Assembly (NCBI GenBank): GCA_050633065.1
Contig: JBOEFV010000048.1
Location: 9,970-73,969, forward strand
DNA: 64,000 nt
Source of the DNA: Bdellovibrionales bacterium
GTDB lineage: Bacteria; Bdellovibrionota; Bdellovibrionia; Bdellovibrionales; UBA1609
Direction: 5' to 3'
The position numbers were made by a program, and so were the translations under genes. Below are positions 43,991 to 52,395 of this stretch, piece after piece; within the stretch, counting starts at the first letter, position 1; each line of letters begins with the position of its first letter. A model generated the notes under the pieces. That model saw nothing but the letters and a program-made list of their open reading frames with translations. It did not search any database and had not been told where the DNA came from.

Positions 43991-45984
43991 TGATTAATCT
44001 TAAAGTTTTTGAAGATTCTGATGTTTTCTTTGAAGACTCTTTTACACAAGCAAAAGAGATCACCGTAGGAAGAGGGAGCTATTGTGATATTATCTTATCT
44101 GGCCATCCAGGTATTTCAAGATCGCATTTTAAAATTATTATTCAAGAGGACTTATCGGTCGTCATAGAAACTGTTTCCAAAACTGGGAAACTAATACACC
44201 GTGGAACAAATATAACGGATATTTCATTTGATAGCGGAGTACACACCATAAGCGTACCGCCCTACGACTTCACTTTTGAGCTTCCTGAAAAAGAGGCCTT
44301 TGAAACACACACTGCCTCTATCGAAGAAGAGCACACTGCTGAGGCTCCTGCTAGAGATGCTTATGAAGAACAAGCCCTTGCCGTAACTGAAGAAGAAACG
44401 AGTCTAAGCCCTGTTGGCTTTGATGAAGATGAGAAAACAAAGACAGCGATAGCAGCCCCTTTAGAATACTCCGTCAAAGTGTTCAAAGGTGAACGTCTTT
44501 TACAAGAGCTGGCTCTTGAGGGAAGCTCTTGGGATTTTGGTAGAGACCAAGATTGTCATTATACTATCAAATCTAAAAAAACCAGTCGCAAGCACTTTAC
44601 CGTTTTAAACATTAGATCAAAATTTTTCGTAAAAGACTTAGGCTCCTCAAATGGTACTTTTTTAAACAAACAACAGCTACCCGTTAACCAGGAGATTGAG
44701 TTAAAGTCCGGGGATTATATTGAGGTTTCTGATTTTAGATTTATTTTTGAAATCAAGGACCACTCTTTTGGTGAAAAAGTAAAAGATGTTGCCCTTATTG
44801 AACAGTTTGGACGTGACGATGTTCTTAAGAATTTAAATGAGATTGATAGTTTACGCGAAAGTGCTCTTTCTATTAACGATGAATTCTTAAAGCTCCCTGA
44901 AAAAGACCGCCCTTCAATGGTTGCGCAAACTCCAAAGAAGAAGAACTATTTAAGACCGGCTCTTTTAGGGCTAATTCTTATTGCTGGAGGCCTTTACTTT
45001 TTTCAAGACAACTCAAGTGAAATAGACAGCGCTGAGCTTGCATCAATACAAGAAGAGAAAAGACTTGCAAAAGAGCGCGTTAACGCCGCTGTTGATAAGT
45101 TCAACCTTGGACTACGTTTTTATAACGAGTCTCAGTTTGAGCGATGTATTTTTGAGATTGATGAATTTATGAAGTATGATGTTCAGACTGAAGAAACTAA
45201 TGGGGCGCTTGAGTTAAAGAATCAATGTGAAATTGAAAAAGACCGCCTGCAAAGAAAGCTTGATCTTGAAGCACAAGAAGAGCAGAAACTTGCCATAGAA
45301 CGTAAAATTCAAGAAATTGTAGACCTCTGCGCTCCAAAGGCGAGTGAAGGATCTTCTGTCTTAAAGCCTTGTGTTGAACCCGCTTTCAGTCTAGACCCCT
45401 CTAATGAGAAGGTGGCTGAGCTACTTGATATTGCCGAAGCTACAGATCTAAGACGAGAGCAAGAAGAGGCCAATGCTGAAAAGTATCGAAAGAGTGTGGC
45501 CTCAGGAAGAGCCCTCTACAAAAAAGCTGAAAACTATGACCGTTATGGCGATTGGAAAAGAGCTCTTAAAGCCTATGATAAGCATATTAAAAGCAGGTAC
45601 CCTGATCCAGGAAAACTAAAGAAGAAGGCCTCGAGGAATATAGCCTCCATCAATCGCAGGATTGACGGAATCCTATCAGCCGCTTTGACTGAATCTAAAA
45701 AGCATCTTGAAAATGATGATTATAAAAACTCGGTTCTTGCCGCCAATAAAGGGCTTGAAGTGAACCGTGACCATCCAGAGTTACTTAAAACTAAAGCTAC
45801 TGCATCAAAGAACCTAAAGACTATTCTTCGTAAATATTATCAAGAAAGCGTGATTCAAGAAGACTTTGGGCAAATTGATGAATCTAAGGTTCTATGGAAG
45901 AAGATCTTAAACCAAGGAATTAAAGGGTCTGACTACTATCAAAAAGCTAAGCTTAAACTTAAGTATTATGAAGAAGGGGTTTAA
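43990..45984 (+). CDS. Double-FHA bitopic membrane protein with a long coiled-coil/TPR-like C-terminal region
   Basis: FHA domain 1: ITVGRGSYCDIILSGHPGISRSHFKI. FHA domain 2: WDFGRDQDCHYTIKSKKTSRKHFTV...VKDLGSSNGTFLN. An acidic linker joins them. TM segment LRPALLGLILIAGGLYFF. The start overlaps the upstream stop (TAATG). Confidence 0.8.
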   Translation: MINLKVFEDSDVFFEDSFTQAKEITVGRGSYCDIILSGHPGISRSHFKIIIQEDLSVVIETVSKTGKLIHRGTNITDISFDSGVHTISVPPYDFTFELPEKEAFETHTASIEEEHTAEAPARDAYEEQALAVTEEETSLSPVGFDEDEKTKTAIAAPLEYSVKVFKGERLLQELALEGSSWDFGRDQDCHYTIKSKKTSRKHFTVLNIRSKFFVKDLGSSNGTFLNKQQLPVNQEIELKSGDYIEVSDFRFIFEIKDHSFGEKVKDVALIEQFGRDDVLKNLNEIDSLRESALSINDEFLKLPEKDRPSMVAQTPKKKNYLRPALLGLILIAGGLYFFQDNSSEIDSAELASIQEEKRLAKERVNAAVDKFNLGLRFYNESQFERCIFEIDEFMKYDVQTEETNGALELKNQCEIEKDRLQRKLDLEAQEEQKLAIERKIQEIVDLCAPKASEGSSVLKPCVEPAFSLDPSNEKVAELLDIAEATDLRREQEEANAEKYRKSVASGRALYKKAENYDRYGDWKRALKAYDKHIKSRYPDPGKLKKKASRNIASINRRIDGILSAALTESKKHLENDDYKNSVLAANKGLEVNRDHPELLKTKATASKNLKTILRKYYQESVIQEDFGQIDESKVLWKKILNQGIKGSDYYQKAKLKLKYYEEGV

Positions 45985-45986
45985 GT

Positions 45987-46649
45987 ATGAAATTTGAATC
46001 CTTTGGGTACCGAGGAAGCTTCGTGTTCACTCCTCCACTTGTTTTTAAAAGTCAGTCTGAGAATTTAATTGTCGCAGCAACTCCTTATGGAAACAGTGCT
46101 GATCTTGAAAACTGCCTTGCTGAGTTCTTAAATGAATTTGAAAATCAATCTTCGGACTTAGATGCCACATCTCCTTATCCAAAGCTTACATGTTTTAATG
46201 GGCAAGAAAACCTTCTCTACACCTGCTTACAATTCCTAAATGACTATATGTATTCAAATTACAATAAAAGCAGTATCAATCTTGGGTGCGATCTTTTTTG
46301 CGCTTTAAGAGTTGAGGACACCATTTACTTTTCTCAAATAGGGTGGCCTTTAATTCTCCTTCATAGAGATAAAAGAACTCTTCCTATTTGCTCTGACTAC
46401 TCTTTTCTTCCTAAGAACAAGGAGGCCGCCCCATACATTCCTTCTTCAATACTTGGTACAGAATCAAGCGTTAATCTTAAAATACAACAAACCAATCTAA
46501 GTAGTGATTCAGAACTTCTACTTTTAAAATCCAACGATTCACCGGACTCATTATTAAGTATTTATCCAAGTCCTTTAAAATCTATTGCAAATGCGTACGC
46601 TGAAGAAAACCCTGAACAAGGATTTTGGCTAGGAAAGATCAGCCTTTAA
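45987..46649 (+). CDS. PP2C-fold-like protein with degenerate catalytic motifs (putative pseudophosphatase)
   Basis: By-eye alignment to the intact PP2C at 5669-6400. NLIVAATPYGNS aligns with KLFVVADGMGGH. GCDLFCALRVEDTIYFSQIGWPLILL aligns with GTTMVALFIYEKVAYIANVGDSRAYV. SELLLLKSND aligns with EKYLLCSDG. The metal-binding Asp residues are replaced. Starts 2 nt after the upstream stop. Confidence 0.45.
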   Translation: MKFESFGYRGSFVFTPPLVFKSQSENLIVAATPYGNSADLENCLAEFLNEFENQSSDLDATSPYPKLTCFNGQENLLYTCLQFLNDYMYSNYNKSSINLGCDLFCALRVEDTIYFSQIGWPLILLHRDKRTLPICSDYSFLPKNKEAAPYIPSSILGTESSVNLKIQQTNLSSDSELLLLKSNDSPDSLLSIYPSPLKSIANAYAEENPEQGFWLGKISL

Positions 46650-47282
46650 GCTTTCTTTTATCACCTCTAAGCATTTACCATAAGTAGTTTCAACACCAAT
46701 CTCTTCTAAAGAGGTGTATGTGTCAGTGTTAAAGCCACAGGCTAAAATACCCGTAAAAGCATCTTTATCTTCTTTAATATTTAAAGCGACCCCGTGCATA
46801 GTCACCCATTTTTTAACGGCTATCCCAAGTGAAGCAATTTTTTTACCTGAAACCCAAATGCCTCTATTTAACTGGCCAGGTTCAAGTGGAACACCACTTT
46901 CAACTTTAGCGTCTAACCCAAAGGAATTTAGAGATTTTACAATTACACTCTCTAATGCCTCTAGATACTGGCGAACATCTTGTGACCTTAAGTTTGAATT
47001 GTCATTGTTCTTTAAGCTTATAATTGGATAAACCACTATTTGCCCTGGTCCATGATATGTAGCCCTACCACCTCTGTTAACTTCACAAACTGAACCTTTC
47101 CAATTTTGTAAATCTTCTTTTGTTGAAGACCTACCAAGAGTCACCACAGAAGGGTGCCTACAAAAAACAACCGTATCCTCTATTAAGCCCTCTTGTCTTT
47201 TTTTAACAAGGTCTTCTTGATACAAAAAAGCCTCATCGTAATCGATGAGGCCTAAATCTATTGTTTTAAAACTTTTTAACAT
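46629..47282 (-). CDS. lipB: Octanoyltransferase (lipoyl(octanoyl) transferase)
   Basis: HPSVVTLGR and NRGGRATYHGPGQIVVYPI. Confidence 0.9.
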   Translation of the reverse strand: MLKSFKTIDLGLIDYDEAFLYQEDLVKKRQEGLIEDTVVFCRHPSVVTLGRSSTKEDLQNWKGSVCEVNRGGRATYHGPGQIVVYPIISLKNNDNSNLRSQDVRQYLEALESVIVKSLNSFGLDAKVESGVPLEPGQLNRGIWVSGKKIASLGIAVKKWVTMHGVALNIKEDKDAFTGILACGFNTDTYTSLEEIGVETTYGKCLEVIKESLKADLS

Positions 47283-47285
47283 AGC

Positions 47286-48704
47286 TTACGCGTTAGCTTC
47301 TGGACGCTTTCTTGGTCTTGGAGGCATCACATGGATACCGTGACCTAAAGCAACTTCAGCACACTCCATCATCGTCTCACCTAATGTTGGATGAGGATGA
47401 ATTGTAAGCGCTAAGTCTTCAAGTGTTGCACCCATCTCCATTGCAAGAGCAGCTTCACTAATCAAGTTACTCGCCTCTGGCCCAATGATATGAACACCCA
47501 AAAGAGCATGAGTTTTAGCATCAGCAACCATTTTCACAAAACCATCTGTTTCTTGTAAAGAAACCGCTTTACCATTAGCCCCAAAAGGAAACTTTCCAGT
47601 AATATAATCTTTACCTTGAGACTTTGCTTCTTCTTCTGTGATTCCAACAGATGCAATTTCAGGGCTTGTAAAAATAACAGCAGGTACTGTTTTAGCGTCA
47701 TAGACTCTGTTTTGACCAGAGATCACTTCAGCAACTAAAACACCCTCATGACTCGCTTTATGTGCAAGCATCGGCTCTCCAGCAATATCACCAATTGACC
47801 AAATTCCTGGAACATTCGTTCTCATCTGTGCATCAACTTGAATAAATCCACGCTCATTCATGTTTAGACCAAGGCCACTTAAATTCATTTGATCTGAATT
47901 AGGCTTTCTTCCAACAGTCACTAAAACTTTATCAGCTTTAAACTCCTTAGTTTCACCTTTAACTTCAGCAGTAACAACAACGCCTTTTCCTGATTTCTTC
48001 CAACCTTGAGCAAATGCATTGTAGTGAACTTCAACACCTGTTTTCTTAACAGATCTTTCTAAAACTTTATGAACATCACCGTCACACATTCCTGAAATCA
48101 ATTTATCACCCGCTTCAAGAACAACAACTTCTGTTCCAAGCTTTTTAAGATAAAAACTAATCTCTAAACCAATATAACCACCACCGATCACAACAAGTTT
48201 CTTTGGAAGTTTTTCAAGATCTAGAGCTCCCGTTGAACTCATCACAAGGTCTTCATCATACTGAAAAGCTGGAAGCTCTACAGGACGGCTTCCTGTAGCA
48301 ACAATAAAGTTTTTAGCCGTGATTGTTTCATCACCAACTTTTAAAGTCTGCGCATCCACAAAAGAGGCTTCACCTCTAATGATTTCAACTTTATTACCTT
48401 TTAAAAGTTGACCAACACCACTAGCCATCTTGTCACTAACTGACTCTTTCCAGCTTTTAAGTTTCGGCATATCAACACTTACAGAACCAATGTTAATACC
48501 CATTGGAGCTGCAGCATTTTGAGTTTTATCAAAAAACTTTGCTGCAGAAATCATTGCTTTAGATGGAATACACCCAACGTTTAAACAAACACCACCAAGG
48601 TACTCTCTTTCAATAATGCACGTCTTTAAACCAAGTTGCCCTGCTCTAATCGCAGCAACGTATCCACCAGGTCCAGCACCAATTACACAAACGTCATAAC
48701 TCAT
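47286..48704 (-). CDS. lpdA: Dihydrolipoyl dehydrogenase (E3)
   Basis: VIGAGPGGYVAAIRA, redox-active GGVCLNVGCIPSK, and the C-terminal HPHPTLGE interface motif. Confidence 0.95.
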   Translation of the reverse strand: MSYDVCVIGAGPGGYVAAIRAGQLGLKTCIIEREYLGGVCLNVGCIPSKAMISAAKFFDKTQNAAAPMGINIGSVSVDMPKLKSWKESVSDKMASGVGQLLKGNKVEIIRGEASFVDAQTLKVGDETITAKNFIVATGSRPVELPAFQYDEDLVMSSTGALDLEKLPKKLVVIGGGYIGLEISFYLKKLGTEVVVLEAGDKLISGMCDGDVHKVLERSVKKTGVEVHYNAFAQGWKKSGKGVVVTAEVKGETKEFKADKVLVTVGRKPNSDQMNLSGLGLNMNERGFIQVDAQMRTNVPGIWSIGDIAGEPMLAHKASHEGVLVAEVISGQNRVYDAKTVPAVIFTSPEIASVGITEEEAKSQGKDYITGKFPFGANGKAVSLQETDGFVKMVADAKTHALLGVHIIGPEASNLISEAALAMEMGATLEDLALTIHPHPTLGETMMECAEVALGHGIHVMPPRPRKRPEANA

Positions 48705-48705
48705 A

Positions 48706-49974
48706 TTAAATCATCCCTATCATAAGAGCCGCAGGGTTCTCTAGTTTTTCAAACAAGCTCTTTAAAAAGTTTGCAGCAACTGCTCCATCAATTAATCTAT
48801 GATCCGCAGTAACAGTGTAGTTCATAACACTTGCTGTTTTAAATTTTCCTTCATCAACAAATACAGGTTTTTTAGTCATCTTATACATTCCAATAATCGC
48901 CACTTCTGGGTGGTTGATGATTGGAGTCGCGTAAGTACCACCTACAGAACCGATGTTTGTAATTGTGATTGTAGCACCTCTCATTTCATCAAGGTTAAGC
49001 TTTCCAGCTCTGGCTCTTGTTGAAAGATCTGTAATCTCAGCACTTAACTCTAAAATAGATTTTTGGTCTGCATTCTTAATTACTGGAACCATTAATCCGT
49101 TTGGAGTGTCTGCTGCAAAACCGATGTTGAAATTTTTCTTATAAACAATTTCTCCAGCTTCATCATCAATTGAAGCATTAAACATTGGGTACTCATGTAA
49201 AGTAGCTACTAACGCCTTAACCACAAATGGTAAGTAAGTAACTTTTACTCCATATTTCTCACCTGCTTTTTTAGCCTGTGTTCTAAGTTTTACAAGTTGA
49301 GTAACATCAGCTTCATCCATGATTGTAAAATGAGGAATAATTCTCTTAGCCATCTGAAGGTTTTCAGCGATCTTCTTTCTAATTCCTTTAAGTGGAACTC
49401 TTTCATCAGCTTTTGTTGCAAAGTCTCTCACTGGAAAGCTTACTGTTGCAGGACTTGGAGCTGCAGCAGGAGCTGAATTCGATCTTGCTCCACCCATAGC
49501 ACCAGACACATCGTCTCTTGTTACACGACCAGCAAGACCTGTTCCTGAAATTTGATTAATATCAACACTCTCTTCTCTTGCAAATCTTCTTGTTGATGGA
49601 GATGCAAGTACTGATGAATTTGCAACAGGTGGAGTGATCATAACCCCGCCTGATGGAGACGGGCTCACCACTGAAGCCTGTGGTGCAGCTGGAGCCGCTT
49701 CTTCTTTTGGTGCCGGAGCTGCTGTTGCCGCACCCGCTCCAAGTTTCATTTCTAAAAGAGTTCCACCTACAACAATAACATCACCCTCTTTAGCGATCAG
49801 TTTTGTAATTGTCCCCGCATCTGGAGCCGGAACCTCCACAGTTGCTTTATCTGTCATGACTTCAGCAACAGGCTGATCAGCCTCAACTGTATCACCCTCT
49901 TTAACTAACCATGTAACCATTTCCCCTTCAGTTACACCCTCTCCAATATCTGGTAAAGCAAGCTTTGTAGCCAT
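48706..49974 (-). CDS. Dihydrolipoamide acyltransferase (E2) of a 2-oxoacid dehydrogenase complex
   Basis: Single lipoyl domain (..AEVMTDKATVEVPAP..), Ala/Pro linkers, an E3-binding domain (ASPSTRRFARE..) and catalytic DHRLIDGA. Confidence 0.92.
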   Translation of the reverse strand: MATKLALPDIGEGVTEGEMVTWLVKEGDTVEADQPVAEVMTDKATVEVPAPDAGTITKLIAKEGDVIVVGGTLLEMKLGAGAATAAPAPKEEAAPAAPQASVVSPSPSGGVMITPPVANSSVLASPSTRRFAREESVDINQISGTGLAGRVTRDDVSGAMGGARSNSAPAAAPSPATVSFPVRDFATKADERVPLKGIRKKIAENLQMAKRIIPHFTIMDEADVTQLVKLRTQAKKAGEKYGVKVTYLPFVVKALVATLHEYPMFNASIDDEAGEIVYKKNFNIGFAADTPNGLMVPVIKNADQKSILELSAEITDLSTRARAGKLNLDEMRGATITITNIGSVGGTYATPIINHPEVAIIGMYKMTKKPVFVDEGKFKTASVMNYTVTADHRLIDGAVAANFLKSLFEKLENPAALMIGMI

Positions 49975-50007
49975 TTCCCTTTTCTCCTTTTTAAAATTTA
50001 AATCTTT

Positions 50008-50991
50008 TTATCTTAATTCTTTTTTTCTAGTTAATTCTGCGTTTTCCATCTCTCTTTTCTTAATCATGCCTTTCATAAAAAATTCGCCAGCCTTGTACGA
50101 ACTTCTCACCAAAGGACCACTTGCAACATATAGAAAACCCATATCTTCTGACACTTTCTGCCAGTATTCAAACTTTTCAGGAGTCACAAATTCATGAACT
50201 TGCAAATGCCTCTTTCTTGGCTGCAAGTACTGCCCAAAAGTTACAACATCACAATCAACAGCTCTTAAATCTTTTAAAGCCTGCATCACCTGCTCGTCAG
50301 TTTCACCAAGCCCTAGCATGATTGATGACTTTGTGAACATTTGAGGATCTAAGTCCTTAACTGTCTTTAAAACTCTTAACGACTGTCTATAGTCTGCTCT
50401 TGGGTCTCTTACCATGGGAGATAAGTCTTCAACTGTTTCAATATTATGTGCAAAAACATGTGGTTTCGCGTCTACAAGTTTTTTAATTAAACTTTTATCT
50501 GCACCAAAATCAGGAGTTAAGACTTCCACTGTTAAATTCTTATCCATGAACCTTAAAAGTGAGATCGTTTCAGCAAAATGTGCTGCACCCTGGTCTTCAA
50601 CATCATCGCGGTCTACTGATGTGATCACTAAATAATCTAAGCCCATTTGTGAAACTGCATAGCTCACTTTTCTTGGTTCATCAGCGTCTAGCGCCGTTGG
50701 AGCTTTTGCGGTTTTCACATCACAAAACCTACAACCCCTTGTACAAGTGTCCCCCATAATCATTATTGTTGCGGTTCCACCAGCCCAACATTCACTTACA
50801 TTTGGGCACTGCGCCTCTTGGCAAACCGTTGCAAGATTTAACTCTTTAAACATTGCTTTTAGATTTAAATACTTTTCTCCTGAAGGAGGACGCATCTTGA
50901 TCCAATTTGGTTTACGCAAATCAGATTTTCCCGACGGCAGTTTAGCACGTACAGGCTTCACATTTTGAGAGTCTTCTACTGGTTTATCCAT
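50008..50991 (-). CDS. lipA: Lipoyl synthase
   Basis: CQEAQCPNVSEC auxiliary cluster motif and CTRGCRFC radical-SAM motif. Confidence 0.95.
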   Translation of the reverse strand: MDKPVEDSQNVKPVRAKLPSGKSDLRKPNWIKMRPPSGEKYLNLKAMFKELNLATVCQEAQCPNVSECWAGGTATIMIMGDTCTRGCRFCDVKTAKAPTALDADEPRKVSYAVSQMGLDYLVITSVDRDDVEDQGAAHFAETISLLRFMDKNLTVEVLTPDFGADKSLIKKLVDAKPHVFAHNIETVEDLSPMVRDPRADYRQSLRVLKTVKDLDPQMFTKSSIMLGLGETDEQVMQALKDLRAVDCDVVTFGQYLQPRKRHLQVHEFVTPEKFEYWQKVSEDMGFLYVASGPLVRSSYKAGEFFMKGMIKKREMENAELTRKKELR

Positions 50992-51150
50992 GTGATATAT
51001 CTAAGCTTTTCAAGATTATAAGTCAAAATGCCCCTGTAAGAAGTTTTTTATAAAAAGACCAGCTATTACAGTAACTTATGGGGTAATTGGTCGCCCTCAC
51101 GCTTCAAGTTCAGAAACAGGGGCTTTAAAGGCCTCCTCTTGAGCTCATTT

Positions 51151-51588
51151 TTACTTAATCCAAGCCTCAATGCTCTTTCCTTGAACAACCTCTTTTATCC
51201 GAGGCGGCCCTGAGGCAAACGTGTTCACCACCACCAAAATTGAGCGAAATGTCTTTAAATCGTAGTAATTAACACCAACAAGGTAAGTCCATTTAATTTG
51301 CTCACCCTTTCCTCCACCACCAACAAATAAAACCGTGTATTCATCAGAAGTTTGAAGCCCCATTGACTCATACTTTTTAACAATACTCCTTATGCTCGTA
51401 TTGCTCTTTTTAGTAATTGTATTTTTAACCAGACAAAGAGCCTCGTTCTTAGGATGTAGACTTTTATAATCTGTACAGTCCGGCGCCCTCCCGCCCCCTT
51501 TTGGAAGAAGTGAGCAAGAGGAAAGAACCAACAAAAAAATCACACCATAAGCCATATTCATACCTAAGAAGGTATCCTCTTTATTCAC
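51151..51588 (-). CDS. Small lipoprotein, no recognised family
   Basis: Lipobox VIFLLVLSSCS. The true start may be one of the internal Met codons (MNMAYG..). Confidence 0.45.
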   Translation of the reverse strand: MNKEDTFLGMNMAYGVIFLLVLSSCSLLPKGGGRAPDCTDYKSLHPKNEALCLVKNTITKKSNTSIRSIVKKYESMGLQTSDEYTVLFVGGGGKGEQIKWTYLVGVNYYDLKTFRSILVVVNTFASGPPRIKEVVQGKSIEAWIK

Positions 51589-51606
51589 AACTCAGCAAGA
51601 CTAGAT

Positions 51607-51636
51607 TAATTATTTTTTTAGATTAAAAAATAATTA
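51607..51636. promoter_or_regulatory. Perfect 12-bp AT-rich inverted repeat abutting the sfsA start codon
   Basis: TAATTATTTTTT (51607-51618), 6 nt (tagatt), AAAAAATAATTA (51625-51636). TAGATTAA also occurs as a direct repeat at 51602 and 51619. The whole divergent intergenic region is only 47 bp. Confidence 0.3.
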
Positions 51637-52388
51637 TGGATTTTAAGAATACACTTCAAAAAGGCACGCTACTAAAACGCTATAAAAGATTTTTTGCAGA
51701 CATTGAGTTTAAAGGTGAAGTCATCACAGCACATGTTCCAAACACTGGAAGCATGAAAACCATTCCATTAGAAAAAACAGATTGCTACTTTTCAACTTCA
51801 GATGATCCAAAAAGAAAACTTAAATACACCTTAGAGTTTGTCAGCACTCCAACTGGGCTTGCCGGAGTGAACACAAGAACCCCAAACACCATTGTACATG
51901 AAGCATTACTTGAAGGTTTAGATCAAAAGTTTGACCATGTTCAACCTGAAGTTAAAATTAATGATAAAACTAGAATTGATTTTGTGTTGTGGACTTGGAC
52001 AGGAGATAAGAACAAAACGCCCAAGAAACTAAAGTATCCAGATTACTTAGATGATGAAAACTTGAAGCTTCATTTTATAGAAGTAAAGAATGTAAGCATG
52101 GCTGAAGACACACTTGCAAGTTTCCCAGACGGGGTAACTGAAAGGGGCACGAAGCATTTAAACGAACTCATTGATTTACAAAAAGGACGACACTCAACTG
52201 AAATTCTTTTTGTTCTTCAGCGCGAAAACATTAAAAACTTTACTCCTGCTGCAGACATAGATCCTGTTTATGCAGACACTTTAAGAAAAGCAAAAAAAGA
52301 ACACGTTAAGATTTCTGCTTTTTCAGCTGACATGACCAACAAAAAAGTCCGTCTAAAATGGACGGACTCAGTCAATATTAAGCTTTAA
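51636..52388 (+). CDS. sfsA: Sugar fermentation stimulation protein A homologue
   Basis: G.LLKRYKRFFADIEF.GE..TAHVPNTGSM is the characteristic SfsA N-terminus. EVKNVS and the later ERG.KHL are also present. Confidence 0.9.
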   Translation: MDFKNTLQKGTLLKRYKRFFADIEFKGEVITAHVPNTGSMKTIPLEKTDCYFSTSDDPKRKLKYTLEFVSTPTGLAGVNTRTPNTIVHEALLEGLDQKFDHVQPEVKINDKTRIDFVLWTWTGDKNKTPKKLKYPDYLDDENLKLHFIEVKNVSMAEDTLASFPDGVTERGTKHLNELIDLQKGRHSTEILFVLQRENIKNFTPAADIDPVYADTLRKAKKEHVKISAFSADMTNKKVRLKWTDSVNIKL

Positions 52389-52395
52389 CTAAAAA

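Noticed and set aside
46714-47031. 105-aa ORF antisense to lipB
   Set aside because: It lies opposite the conserved lipB catalytic region, and I recognise no motif of its own.
48799-50968. Several 60-80-aa + strand ORFs antisense to E2 and lipA
   Set aside because: All lie inside strongly supported minus-strand genes. Their compositions (Ala/Ser/Thr runs mirroring the Ala/Pro linkers of E2) are antisense artefacts.
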